From the NCBI GenBank assembly GCA_965250285.1, contig OZ252299.1, forward strand, positions 4,480,001 through 4,544,000: a stretch of 64,000 nucleotides of DNA, given 5' to 3'. This document shows, piece by piece, positions 9,390 through 19,035 of the stretch. A model generated the notes under the pieces. The model saw only the letters and a program-made list of their open reading frames with translations. It did no database searches and had not been told where the DNA came from. Both the position numbers and the translations under genes were made by a program. The number at the start of each line of letters is the position of its first letter. Position 1 is the stretch's first letter. This DNA comes from Myxococcota bacterium (GTDB lineage Bacteria > Myxococcota_A > UBA9160 > UBA4427).

Positions 9390-10034
9390 ATGGTGGCAAC
9401 GCATCACCCCCTCGACCATCTGGTCTACGCCGTCCCGTCTCTTGCGGAGGCCGTGGAGCACTTTGATCGAGCGCTCGGCGTGAGGCCCTCGCTCGGCGGT
9501 CGACATGAGGCATTCGGCAGCCACAATGCGATCCTGCCGATGCAGGGTGAGAGCTACGTCGAGCTGATCGCGCTCGACCCCGAGAACCCCGAGCCGCCGC
9601 AGGCGCCGCCCTTCGGCCTCGCCGAGCTGCGCGAAGCGCGACTCGTCACGTGGGCCGTACGCAGCGTCGACATCGACGCCAGCGCCGAGAAAGCGAAGGC
9701 GGCGGGCTACGACCCGGGTCTCATCGTTCCCGTTTCACGGCTGGCCCCGGATGGGACGCGGCTCGAGTGGAAGCTCAGCCTTCGGCCGCGCCCGACCGGT
9801 GACGGTCTCGTGCCCTTCGTGATCGACTGGGGATCGACGCCGCATCCCTCGAACGACGGCGGTTCAGATGATCAGAGGTGCCAGCTGCAGTCGTTTCAGG
9901 CGGTGCATCCCGAACCCGAGCCCGTCCGCCACGACCTCCGCGCTCTCGGCGCACAGCTCGAAGTCGGGATGGGCACGCAGCCCGGTCTACGCGCCGTGCT
10001 CGAGGGGCCGGGCGGGACGCTGGAGCTTCGCTGA
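9390..10034 (+). CDS. VOC family protein (Glyoxalase_3 type)
   Basis: LDHLVYAVPSL, GGRHEAFGSHNA, YVELIALDP, PFVIDWGSTPHP. Confidence 0.85.
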   Translation: MVATHHPLDHLVYAVPSLAEAVEHFDRALGVRPSLGGRHEAFGSHNAILPMQGESYVELIALDPENPEPPQAPPFGLAELREARLVTWAVRSVDIDASAEKAKAAGYDPGLIVPVSRLAPDGTRLEWKLSLRPRPTGDGLVPFVIDWGSTPHPSNDGGSDDQRCQLQSFQAVHPEPEPVRHDLRALGAQLEVGMGTQPGLRAVLEGPGGTLELR

Positions 10035-10193
10035 ACCGGCTCGAGGCGCGCGGGGCACGACCGATCGCGGCGCCGGAGCGGGCGGAAGCCCGCGATTCGA
10101 CTGACGCATCGGCGTTCGACGTCCAAAACCCCCCATGCGCGACACGACGCCATCGTGCGACCTTCTCAGCGCCTCATGACGGAGGGGCCGTGC

Positions 10194-11441
10194 ATGGACG
10201 TCCACTCGATGAGTGTCAGGGCCCGGCGCGCGTTCAATGCGAGCTTCGTGGCGATGGTCGTCGGGCTCCCACTGCTCACGTGGTACTTCGCCGTCGCCTT
10301 CGTGTCCCACGACGCCACACTCGTCTGGCCCGACGCCGCCTTCTGGCGATCGGTCGAGCCACCCAGTGCTCCCGTCGTCGCCGCGTATCTCGGCTGGCTC
10401 GCCCTTCAGGCGGCGCTGTTCGCGTGGCTCCCGGGCCGAACGACGACCGGCGTCGTCGAGCCCGACGGACGGCGGCATCGCTATCGGCTGAACGGGTTCA
10501 TGGCGCTCTCGGTGACGGTCGGCGCGGCCGTCGCCGCCGTTGTCGCCGGGCTCGTGCCCGGCGGCATATTCTACGACGTCTGGGGTGCGCTCGTCACGAC
10601 GGCGAACATCACGGTGCTCGTCGGCTGCGTCGCCGTCTGTGCGATCGGCCGCCGACAGGCGACGCCCGACGAGCGCCGGCTCAACTGGCTCGAGGCGTAC
10701 ACGCTCGGCGCATGCCGCAACCCGCGCGTCGGGCGCTTCGACCTCAAGTTCTTCTGCGAGTCGCGTCCGAGCATGATCCTCTGGGTGCTGATCGATCTCT
10801 CGCTCGCTGCGAAACAGTTCGAGCTACACGGCACGGTCAGCAACGCGATGATCCTCGTCTGCGCCTTCCAGATCCTCTACGTCGCTGACTACTTCTGGTT
10901 CGAGGACGCGATCCTCTCGACCTGGGACATCAAGAACGAGAACTTCGGGTTCATGCTGGGGTGGGGCTGTCTGGTCTGGATCCCGTTCTCCTATGCGCTG
11001 CAGCCGCTCTACCTGGTCCACCACCCCGAGCCCCTGCCGGCCCTCGGCGCCGCAGGCATCTTCGCGTTGAACGCGCTCGGCTTCTTGATCTTTCGCAGCT
11101 CGAATCTGCAGAAGCACCGCTTCTCGAGTGACCCGACGCGAGAGATCTGGGGACGCAAGCCCGAGGTCATCGAGACCGAGCAGGGCAATCGGCTGTTGGC
11201 GTCCGGCTGGTGGGGCCTGTCGCGACACGCCAACTACCTGGGCGACTGGTTGATGGGGCTGTCGTGGTCTCTGACCACCGGTTTCGGGGCGCTCCTGCCC
11301 TATTTCTACCCGATCTACTTCGCCATTCTTCTGCTTCACCGCGAGTGGCGAGACAACCGGCACTGCGCGGCGAAGTACGGCGACGACTGGCGCCGCTACA
11401 CCCAGCGCGTGCGCTGGCGGATCGTTCCCTGGGTCTACTGA
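10194..11441 (+). CDS. ERG4/ERG24 family sterol reductase (Delta14- or Delta7-sterol reductase-like), integral membrane
   Basis: FDLKFFCESRP, WDIKNENFGFML, LLASGWWGLSRHANYLGD, LLHREWRD..CAAKYGDDW..Y...V.WRIVP.VY. GGAGG RBS at 10181. Confidence 0.9.
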   Translation: MDVHSMSVRARRAFNASFVAMVVGLPLLTWYFAVAFVSHDATLVWPDAAFWRSVEPPSAPVVAAYLGWLALQAALFAWLPGRTTTGVVEPDGRRHRYRLNGFMALSVTVGAAVAAVVAGLVPGGIFYDVWGALVTTANITVLVGCVAVCAIGRRQATPDERRLNWLEAYTLGACRNPRVGRFDLKFFCESRPSMILWVLIDLSLAAKQFELHGTVSNAMILVCAFQILYVADYFWFEDAILSTWDIKNENFGFMLGWGCLVWIPFSYALQPLYLVHHPEPLPALGAAGIFALNALGFLIFRSSNLQKHRFSSDPTREIWGRKPEVIETEQGNRLLASGWWGLSRHANYLGDWLMGLSWSLTTGFGALLPYFYPIYFAILLLHREWRDNRHCAAKYGDDWRRYTQRVRWRIVPWVY

Positions 11442-11557
11442 GGCGAATCATCGGCGGTGCTTCGTGCGCAGGCGGTCGCTAGCCTCGGTCGGGTCGATCG
11501 CTGCACCGGCGCCGTGACACGCGAGCTCATGGCCGTCGAGATACGGAGGAGGCTTCG

Positions 11558-12538
11558 ATGGCGCCCTGGCTCGTCGATGGCCTCGTGCTCGCATTCGGGA
11601 TCGCGCTCCTCATCGGGGGCGGCGAGTCGCTCGTTCGCGGCGCTGCGGCGCTGGCCCGACGACTCGGTGTGTCTCCACTCGTCGTCGGGCTCACGGTGGT
11701 CGCGTTCGGCACCAGCGCACCCGAGCTCGCAGTGAACCTCACGGCGGCGGTCGGCGGCTCGGGCGCGATGGCCTTCGGCAGCGTGGTCGGATCGAACCTC
11801 GCGAACATCGGCCTGATCCTCGCGTGCTCGGGCATCTTCCGTCGACTCTCGATCGAGAGCAGCGTCATCACGCGCGAGATCCCGATGATGCTGCTGGCGA
11901 GCATCGCCACCCTGATCATGGGCCTCGATGCGCTCCGCGCAGCGCCTTCGTCGAAGTACGACCGGGCCGATGGCCTGCTGCTGCTGCTCTTCTTCACGGT
12001 CTTCATCTACTACACCGTCGCAGCCAACCTGCGAAAGCGAAGCGAGGACACATTCGTCGAGCAGGTCCGCGACCAGCCGCTCGGCAAGCAGCGCGCGACG
12101 GTGCTGGGCGAGATCGGCTTCCTGATCGCCGGGATGCTCGGGCTCGCCCTCGGCGGCCGCTTCACCGTTTCGGGCGCCGTCGGCGTCGCCACGGCGCTCG
12201 GCGCACCGAAGGGCCTCATCGGTTTGACCGTCGTCGCGGTCGGCACGAGCCTCCCGGAGCTGAGCGCCAGCATCATCGCGGCCCGACGCGGCGAATCGGA
12301 TCTCGCGATCGGCAACGTCGTGGGCTCGAACATCTTCAACCTGCTCTTCGTGCTGGGGCTCACGGCGTGCGTGAGCCCCGTCCCCGTGCCCGTCGACGGC
12401 TTCGCCGATCTGATCGTCATGCTCGGTTTCACGGGTGCCTTGCTCGGCTTCAGCCTGCTGCGCGGCCACATCGGGCGCCGCGAGGGTCTGACCCTCTTGA
12501 TCTCGTACCTCGGCTACATCACGTGGCGCGTGGCGTAG
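11558..12538 (+). CDS. Ca2+/Na+ antiporter (YrbG/CaCA family)
   Basis: Two alpha repeats, GTSAPEL...GSNLAN and GTSLPEL...GNVVGSNIFN. Confidence 0.92.
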   Translation: MAPWLVDGLVLAFGIALLIGGGESLVRGAAALARRLGVSPLVVGLTVVAFGTSAPELAVNLTAAVGGSGAMAFGSVVGSNLANIGLILACSGIFRRLSIESSVITREIPMMLLASIATLIMGLDALRAAPSSKYDRADGLLLLLFFTVFIYYTVAANLRKRSEDTFVEQVRDQPLGKQRATVLGEIGFLIAGMLGLALGGRFTVSGAVGVATALGAPKGLIGLTVVAVGTSLPELSASIIAARRGESDLAIGNVVGSNIFNLLFVLGLTACVSPVPVPVDGFADLIVMLGFTGALLGFSLLRGHIGRREGLTLLISYLGYITWRVA

Positions 12539-12584
12539 CGCGAACGCGACGGATGCCGGACGAGCCCGCGAGCGCGGGGCGGGA

Positions 12585-15500
12585 TCATGCCCCCTGCGAT
12601 CGCGCGTGGTCGCTCGACTCGGGTTCACGCGAACGTCGTCCCAGCCGTTGACACAGCACGTAGAAGACGGGCGTGAAGAGCAAGCCGAGGATCGTCACGC
12701 CCAGCATCCCCGAGAAGACCGTGATGCCCAGCGCCCGCCGCATCTCGGCGCCCGGCCCGGTCGCGATGACGAGCGGCACGACGCCCAGAATGAACGAGAG
12801 CGCGGTCATCAAAATGGGGCGGAGCCGCAGCCGGGCTGCTTCGATCGCCGCCTGCTCGGGCGAGGCGCCCTCGTCTTCGCGCTGCTTGGCGAACTCGACG
12901 ATGAGAATCGCGTTCTTCGCAGCCAGACCGACGAGCACGATGAGGCCGACCTGCACCAGGATGTTGTTGTCCCAACCCGTGAGCCAGATGCCCAACATCG
13001 CGAAGAGCAGGCCCATGGGTACGATGAGCACGACGGCGAGGGGCAGCCGAAAGCTCTCGTACTGGGCCGCGAGCAGCAGGAACACGAAGAGCGCGGCGAG
13101 CGCGAACACGAACACGCCGCTGTCACCCGCGAGCTTCTGCTGCAAGGCCAGCTCGGTCCACTCGAAGCTGAGCCCGTCGGGCAACCGCTCCGAGGCCAGC
13201 TGTTCGAGCTGGTCGATCGCATCCCCCGTGCTGGTGCCGGGCAACGTGTTGCCGTAGACCGAAGCGGCCGGGTAGAGGTTGTAGCGACTCACCCTGTACG
13301 GAACGGTTCGGTACTCGGTGCGAGCAACGCTACCAAGCGGCACGGCCTCGCCGAACGCGTTTCGTGTGCGCAGCGCAAGCAGATCTTCGGGCGTCTGTCG
13401 GTAGGGCTCGTCGGCCTGTGCGGTCACGCGAAACGTGCGGCCCAGAAAATTGAAGTCGTTCACGAAGGCCGAGCCGAAGTAGATCTCGACCGCGTCGAAG
13501 ACACCCGAAACAGGCACGTTCAATCGGCGCGCCCGTTCGCGATCGATGTCGAGGAAGAGCTGCGGCGTCGCCGTATTGAAGAGCGTGAACACCCCCGTGA
13601 GCCCCTCGCTCTCGCTCGCGGCGTCGACGATGTCGCGCGTCGACGATTCGAGCAGCTCCAGCCCTCGACCCTCGCGATCCTGGATCATCATCCGAAAGCC
13701 GCCGGCGTTGCCGATGCCTCGAACAGGCGGCGGCTCGATGACCAGAACGAAAGCCTCCGGGGTCTCAGCCGCGACGTCCCACGCGGCATCGACCAGCTCC
13801 CTGAACCCGATCCCACGACTTTCACGATCCTCGAACGACGCGAACGTCGCGAAGATCGTGGCGGCGTTCGGGGCGTTCGTGAACGTCGCGCCCGAGAAGC
13901 CAGCGAAACCGACGGCGTTCTCGATGCCATCGACCTCGAGCAGACGGGCGGTCACGTCCTGCGTTACCGCGTCGGTTCGATCGAGGTCGGCGCCCGGAGG
14001 CAGCTCGATCGAGACGATCACGTAACCCTGATCCTGCGCGGGAATGAAGCCAGCCGGCACGATCCCGAACTGCAGAACCGCGAGGGCAACGAGCCCGACG
14101 TAGACGAGGGCTGCGATCGCCGACCGACGCCCAATGCCGCCCACGACCCTGGCGTACGTGCCCGAGACGCGGTGAAGGCCTCGGTTGAACGGGCCGAACA
14201 CCCGCGCCGCGAGTCCCGACTCGTCTGACTCGTCTCGAGGCTCGAGCAGGAGCGCGGCCAGGGCCGGACTGAGCGTAAGTGAGACCGCGACCGAGATCAT
14301 CGTCGCGGTTGCGATCGTCAGTGCGAACTGCCGAAAGAACTGCCCCGAGATCCCGGTCACGAAGGCCGCGGGCACGAAGACGGCCACCAGCACCAGGCCG
14401 AGCGCCACCAGCGCGCTGCCCACCTCGTCCATTGTGCGGTGCGCGGCGTCTCGCGCCCCGAGCCCTTCTTGGATGTTTCGCTCGACGTTCTCGACCACCA
14501 CGATCGCATCGTCCACGACGATTCCGATCGCGAGCACGAGGCCGAAGAGCGTCAGGTTGTTCAGGCTGAAGCCGAAGGCGGACATGACCGCGAACGTGCC
14601 GACCAGCGACACGGGGATCGCCACCACCGGTATGATCGCCGCACGCCAGCTCTGCAGGAACAGCACGATGACGAGCGCGACGAGGAAGACGGCCTCGAAG
14701 ATCGTCTCGATGACCGCGTCGACTGACTTCGCGATGAACTCGGTCGGGTTGTAGACGATCGCGTACTCGAGATCGTCGGGGAAGCTCTGGGCGAGCTCGG
14801 CCATCGTTGCCTGCAGCTCGGCGGCGGTCTCGAGCGCATTCGTGCCGGGCGTCTGAAAGATCGGCAACGCAATGGCAGGTTGATTCGCCAGATACCCGCG
14901 CGTCGAGTAGCTCTGCGCGCCGAGCTCGACCCGCGCGACGTCGCGAAGACGCACGATCCGACCGTCGTCTTCGGCCTTGACCACGATCTCCTCGAACTCT
15001 TCGGGCCGAATCAACCGCCCACGCGCCTGCACGCCGATCTCGAAGGCAAGAGGGGTCGAGGAGGGCGCCTGATTCATCGAACCGGCCGCGACCTGCACGT
15101 TCTGGCTGCGCAACGCGTTCACGACCTCACCCGCGGTCAACCCGACCGAGTTCACACGCTGGGGATCGAGCCAGACCCGCATCGCGTACTCACTGGCGCC
15201 GAAGAGTCGAATCTGTCCGACCCCGTTGATGCGCGCCAGGCGATCTCGGATCTGAAGCGTCGCGTAGTTGGCGATGTACAGCTGGTCATAGGTGTCATTG
15301 GGCGAGTAGAGGTTCACGACCATCATCAGGTCGGGCGAACTCTTCTGAGTCACGACGCCCAGACGACGCACCTCTTCGGGCAGACGGGGCTCGGCGATCG
15401 CGACGCGGTTCTGAACGAGCACCTGGGCTTCGTCGAGATCGGTCCCGAGCGCGAACGTGACGGCGAGGCTGAGCGCGCCATCGCCCGTCGAGTTGGAGCT

Positions 15501-15740
15501 CATGTAGAGCATGTTCTCCACCCCGTTGATCTCTTGCTCGAGCGGAGTGGCGACGGTGTTCGCGACGGTCTCAGCCGATGCGCCAGGGTAGGTCGCCGTC
15601 ACCTGGATGGTCGGCGGTGCGATCTCGGGGTACTGGGTCACGGGGAGACCCACGTAGGCGAGCCCACCCAAGAGGAAGATGACGACCGAGAGGACCGCCG
15701 CGAAGATCGGTCGCTCGATGAAGAAGTGCGTGAAGCTCAC
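12585..15740 (-). CDS. RND efflux transporter permease (HAE1, AcrB/MexF-like)
   Basis: 1051 aa. FIERPIFAAV, GIVVDDAIVVVENVER, KNAILIVEFA, RLRPILMT. Confidence 0.95.
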   Translation of the reverse strand: MSFTHFFIERPIFAAVLSVVIFLLGGLAYVGLPVTQYPEIAPPTIQVTATYPGASAETVANTVATPLEQEINGVENMLYMSSNSTGDGALSLAVTFALGTDLDEAQVLVQNRVAIAEPRLPEEVRRLGVVTQKSSPDLMMVVNLYSPNDTYDQLYIANYATLQIRDRLARINGVGQIRLFGASEYAMRVWLDPQRVNSVGLTAGEVVNALRSQNVQVAAGSMNQAPSSTPLAFEIGVQARGRLIRPEEFEEIVVKAEDDGRIVRLRDVARVELGAQSYSTRGYLANQPAIALPIFQTPGTNALETAAELQATMAELAQSFPDDLEYAIVYNPTEFIAKSVDAVIETIFEAVFLVALVIVLFLQSWRAAIIPVVAIPVSLVGTFAVMSAFGFSLNNLTLFGLVLAIGIVVDDAIVVVENVERNIQEGLGARDAAHRTMDEVGSALVALGLVLVAVFVPAAFVTGISGQFFRQFALTIATATMISVAVSLTLSPALAALLLEPRDESDESGLAARVFGPFNRGLHRVSGTYARVVGGIGRRSAIAALVYVGLVALAVLQFGIVPAGFIPAQDQGYVIVSIELPPGADLDRTDAVTQDVTARLLEVDGIENAVGFAGFSGATFTNAPNAATIFATFASFEDRESRGIGFRELVDAAWDVAAETPEAFVLVIEPPPVRGIGNAGGFRMMIQDREGRGLELLESSTRDIVDAASESEGLTGVFTLFNTATPQLFLDIDRERARRLNVPVSGVFDAVEIYFGSAFVNDFNFLGRTFRVTAQADEPYRQTPEDLLALRTRNAFGEAVPLGSVARTEYRTVPYRVSRYNLYPAASVYGNTLPGTSTGDAIDQLEQLASERLPDGLSFEWTELALQQKLAGDSGVFVFALAALFVFLLLAAQYESFRLPLAVVLIVPMGLLFAMLGIWLTGWDNNILVQVGLIVLVGLAAKNAILIVEFAKQREDEGASPEQAAIEAARLRLRPILMTALSFILGVVPLVIATGPGAEMRRALGITVFSGMLGVTILGLLFTPVFYVLCQRLGRRSREPESSDHARSQGA

Positions 15741-16954
15741 CGGGCACCAGCAGCTTCGGTCGCCGATTCGTCCTGCATCGGGCGTGCCGCGTTGCCGATT
15801 CGAACCCGGTGGAAGGCGCCGGAGATCACCTGCTCATCCCCGGTCAGCCCTTCGCGGATGATGCGCCTGCCTTCGTGTATCGGACCGAGCACGACGAATC
15901 GGCGCCGTACGACGCCCTCGTCGTCGAGCACGAATACGAACTGACGCGCCTGATCGAACTGGATCACCTCGTCCGGTACGAGCACCGCTTCGTAGAGCCC
16001 GCTGCCCTGCAGCCTGAGACGACCGAACACGCCGGGCTGGAGGAAGCTGCCCGGGTTCGCCAACACGGCGCGTCCCTCGAGCGTGCCGGAGCTCGGGTCG
16101 AGCTCGTTGTCGACGAAATCCATCACACCATGGTGTACGAACTCGTCCTCGTCGAGCAGCTTGATGGCCACCGCGTTCGGGGTCGTGCGTGAGCTGGCGC
16201 GGGCGCCGCTCTCGTTCAGTCGGGTGTACTTCAGGTACGCGGCCTCGCTCGCCTCGAACACGAAGTAGATCGGATCCTCTTGAACGATCGTCGTCAGCAG
16301 CGTCGCCGAAGCGTTGCCGCCGCTGATGAGGTTGCCGGCATCGACCATCCGCTCGCCCACGCGACCGGCGATGGGTGCACGGACCTCCGTCCACTCGAGA
16401 TCGAGCTCAGCCTGTGCCAAAGCGGCGCGGCGATTTGCCACACGCGCTGCGGCACTCTGCTGCTCGGCGAGCCTCTCGTCGAATTGGTCCTGTGGAATCG
16501 TGCGCGTCTCGATCAGGCGCTTCGCTCGCTCGACCTCGACTTCGGCGAGATCGCGTCTCGAGATCGCCTCTTGCAGATCGGCTCGCGCAGCGTCGAGCGC
16601 GATGCGGAAGGGTCGCTGATCGATGACGAAGAGCAGCGCGCCCTTTTCGACGACCTGCCCCTCCTGGAGCGCGACCTCATCAAGGAACCCGCTGACGCGC
16701 GCGCGCACCTCGACCCGGCGAACCGCCTGGAATCGCCCTGTGTATTCGTCGTACTCGACCAGCTCCCGGCGCTCGGGCCGAACGATGGGCAGCTCGAGTG
16801 GCTCGTCCGAGGGCGATTGCGCCCAAATCGGCGCGGCGACCCACATCGAGAGGACCGCGACGATTGCGGCAGCGAACGCTGCCTTGACACGTCGGTTGTC
16901 AGCGAGGATGCTCGCCGCGACACGGAGGTGAGCTGTGCGATCGCTTGGGCGCAT
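15737..16954 (-). CDS. RND membrane fusion protein (periplasmic adaptor), start uncertain
   Basis: [44 protein letters not shown]. 4-nt overlap with the permease start. Confidence 0.9.
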   Translation of the reverse strand: MRPSDRTAHLRVAASILADNRRVKAAFAAAIVAVLSMWVAAPIWAQSPSDEPLELPIVRPERRELVEYDEYTGRFQAVRRVEVRARVSGFLDEVALQEGQVVEKGALLFVIDQRPFRIALDAARADLQEAISRRDLAEVEVERAKRLIETRTIPQDQFDERLAEQQSAAARVANRRAALAQAELDLEWTEVRAPIAGRVGERMVDAGNLISGGNASATLLTTIVQEDPIYFVFEASEAAYLKYTRLNESGARASSRTTPNAVAIKLLDEDEFVHHGVMDFVDNELDPSSGTLEGRAVLANPGSFLQPGVFGRLRLQGSGLYEAVLVPDEVIQFDQARQFVFVLDDEGVVRRRFVVLGPIHEGRRIIREGLTGDEQVISGAFHRVRIGNAARPMQDESATEAAGAR

Positions 16955-17489
16955 GTTGTTCAGATTCCCGATCGTGGCGCTGGTTGCGGCGCTGGCGGGG
17001 ATCGCCGTGGCTTCGACGCCGAGCGTGGGTGATCTCGCACCCGACTTCTCACTCACCGGCTCCGACGGCAAGACCTACGCGCTCTCCGACTACCGCGGGA
17101 AGACCGCCATCGTGCTCGCGTGGTACCCCCAGGCGTTCACCAGCGGTTGCACGCTGGAGTGCAAGTCGCTCATCGAAGACGGCGCGCGCCTCCGCTCGTA
17201 CGGGGTGCCCTACTTCATGGTCAGCGTGGATCCGCCGGCCGAGAACACCCGCTTTGCGCGCTCCATGAAGGCCGACTTCCCGTTGCTCAGCGACCCGACC
17301 AAAGAAACAGCCCGTGCGTACGGCGTTCTCCACCAGGACCGCTTCGCACTGCGCACCAACTTCTACATCGGTGCGGATGGCAGGATTCTCCGGATCGAGC
17401 GCAACGTCGACCCGGCCACCGCCGCCGCTGACATCGCGCAGAACCTCGAGGAGCTGGGCTTCTCGGCGAAACCGCCACCCGGGTCATGA
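16935..17489 (+). CDS. Secreted peroxiredoxin (BCP/PrxQ family)
   Basis: GGAGGTGA RBS at 16924. Signal peptide, [30 protein letters not shown]. Confidence 0.85.
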   Translation: MRSLGRMLFRFPIVALVAALAGIAVASTPSVGDLAPDFSLTGSDGKTYALSDYRGKTAIVLAWYPQAFTSGCTLECKSLIEDGARLRSYGVPYFMVSVDPPAENTRFARSMKADFPLLSDPTKETARAYGVLHQDRFALRTNFYIGADGRILRIERNVDPATAAADIAQNLEELGFSAKPPPGS

Positions 17490-17504
17490 GTACCGCGGCC
17501 TCAC

Positions 17505-17795
17505 TCAATCCGTCGTGACGTCCCGTCGGCCATCTTCGTCGAGCAGCGGGGGCGCGATCGACAGCGCGCGGTGGATCAACTCGACTCGGCTGGCGCAGCG
17601 CGTCTTGCGAAGGATCGCTTTGGTCTGAGCCCTGACCGTCTCGAGGCTCACTCCGCGCTGGTCGGCGATCTCCATGTTGCTCAACCCCTCGGCCATCGAT
17701 GCGCACACAGCGCTCTCCGCGGCCGTCAAGCCGTACACCCGATCGAGCCCGTGGGTCGAGATGACGTCACGGCGCTCGGGGTCGACGGCCATCAC
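17505..17795 (-). pseudogene. Isolated C-terminal LuxR-type HTH, probably a truncated sensor-LuxR regulator or a stand-alone HTH
   Basis: YGLTAAESAV...GLSNMEIADQRGVSLETVRAQTKAILRKT. An in-frame stop lies about 50 nt upstream. Confidence 0.55.
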
Positions 17796-17843
17796 AGCTC
17801 CTTTCGGAGCGTTCAGCCTAGGGCGAGCTCGATTCGGATCGCA

Positions 17844-17859
17844 TCACCCTGCAGGGTGA
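17844..17859. repeat. Perfect 16-bp palindrome TCACCCTGCAGGGTGA
   Basis: Read directly from the sequence, intergenic. Confidence 0.9.
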
Positions 17860-17985
17860 GAACGGTTTCGTTGCATGCGCACGGTCACGACTCGACCCGA
17901 AAGCGAACGCGCTCCAGTCGACACGCGTCAGCGCGGCTGCATGCTCTTCACCGAACGGACGAACTCGGCTCGTTGGCGGCGCGCC

Positions 17986-19035
17986 TCACCGCTTCTGCCC
18001 CACGCGCCAGGCCGTCACACCGCCCTGACCGTCGAGCGCGGCGAGTGCGCGTCCGTCCGGACGCCAGTACAGATCGCTGACGATGTCGGCCAGCAGTGCG
18101 CCCCCGATCGCATCCCCCTGCCCATCGGGCTTGAGCGACCACACGACCACGGTGCAGTCGCGGCCGCCCGAAGCCAGGGCCCTTCCGCGACACGCGAAGG
18201 TCAGGGTCGTGACGAGTTGATCATGGAGCTCGAGCACGCCCGGCTTCGTTCCTTCGGGTCCGTCCCCCTCGAAGGACCAGACGGAGATCGTCGGCCCACC
18301 GCCCGTCGCCAGCAGCGTGCCCGTATCGTCGAAGTCGAGCGCGGAGGGCTTGGCCGGATAGCCCGCCATCATCGAATCCTGCCCCGTCGAGCGGCGCCAG
18401 AAGTGGACCGTGCTGTCCTGACTGCCGCAGGCGACGACGTCGCCGTCGGGGCTGAGCGCCATCGAAACCAGCGAGCCCTTCCACTCGAGCTTCTGATTCA
18501 GCTCGCCGCTCGTTCCTTCGAAGAACGCGACCTGTCCGTAGCAGGTCGTTGCGAGCTCACCCGCGTCGGACCACGCGATCGCGCTGACGGTGCTGGGGTG
18601 GTCGTCCGACCGCCAGATCTCGGCGCCATCCGGTCCATACACGCAGACCTGCTTCGCACACGACGTCGCCAGAAACCGACCATCGGGAGACCACGACGCG
18701 TTCTCCACCCAGCCGCGGCCGACGTCGATCGTGTGCTCGACCTGCCCCTCGGCGACACCCCAGATCAGGGCTCGACCGTCCTGCCCGGCCGTGGCGAAGA
18801 CTCGGCCTTCTGGATGGACCGCCAATGCAAGGACGCCGCCCTCGTGCGTCCCCTTCTCCGGCCACGCTCTCTTGCCCGACTTGCCATCGAGCGCGTAAAC
18901 GCCCCCCGCAGCGTCCGCCACCACCAGCGCATCACCGCGTTCGCTCCAGCCACCGGCGATCGCGTAGTCGTCGACCTCGGCGGTCCAGCCGCTGCGAAGG
19001 ACACCGATCGTTTCGCCGACCTTCAGATCAGACAT
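17986..19035 (-). CDS. WD40 repeat protein (CobW-associated)
   Basis: Repeated xATxGxDGxxxxW and WSPDG motifs. Confidence 0.9.
   Translation of the reverse strand: MSDLKVGETIGVLRSGWTAEVDDYAIAGGWSERGDALVVADAAGGVYALDGKSGKRAWPEKGTHEGGVLALAVHPEGRVFATAGQDGRALIWGVAEGQVEHTIDVGRGWVENASWSPDGRFLATSCAKQVCVYGPDGAEIWRSDDHPSTVSAIAWSDAGELATTCYGQVAFFEGTSGELNQKLEWKGSLVSMALSPDGDVVACGSQDSTVHFWRRSTGQDSMMAGYPAKPSALDFDDTGTLLATGGGPTISVWSFEGDGPEGTKPGVLELHDQLVTTLTFACRGRALASGGRDCTVVVWSLKPDGQGDAIGGALLADIVSDLYWRPDGRALAALDGQGGVTAWRVGQKR

Noticed and set aside
17140..17165. Selenocysteine in the peroxiredoxin active site
   Set aside because: Both Cys codons are TGC and there is no in-frame TGA.
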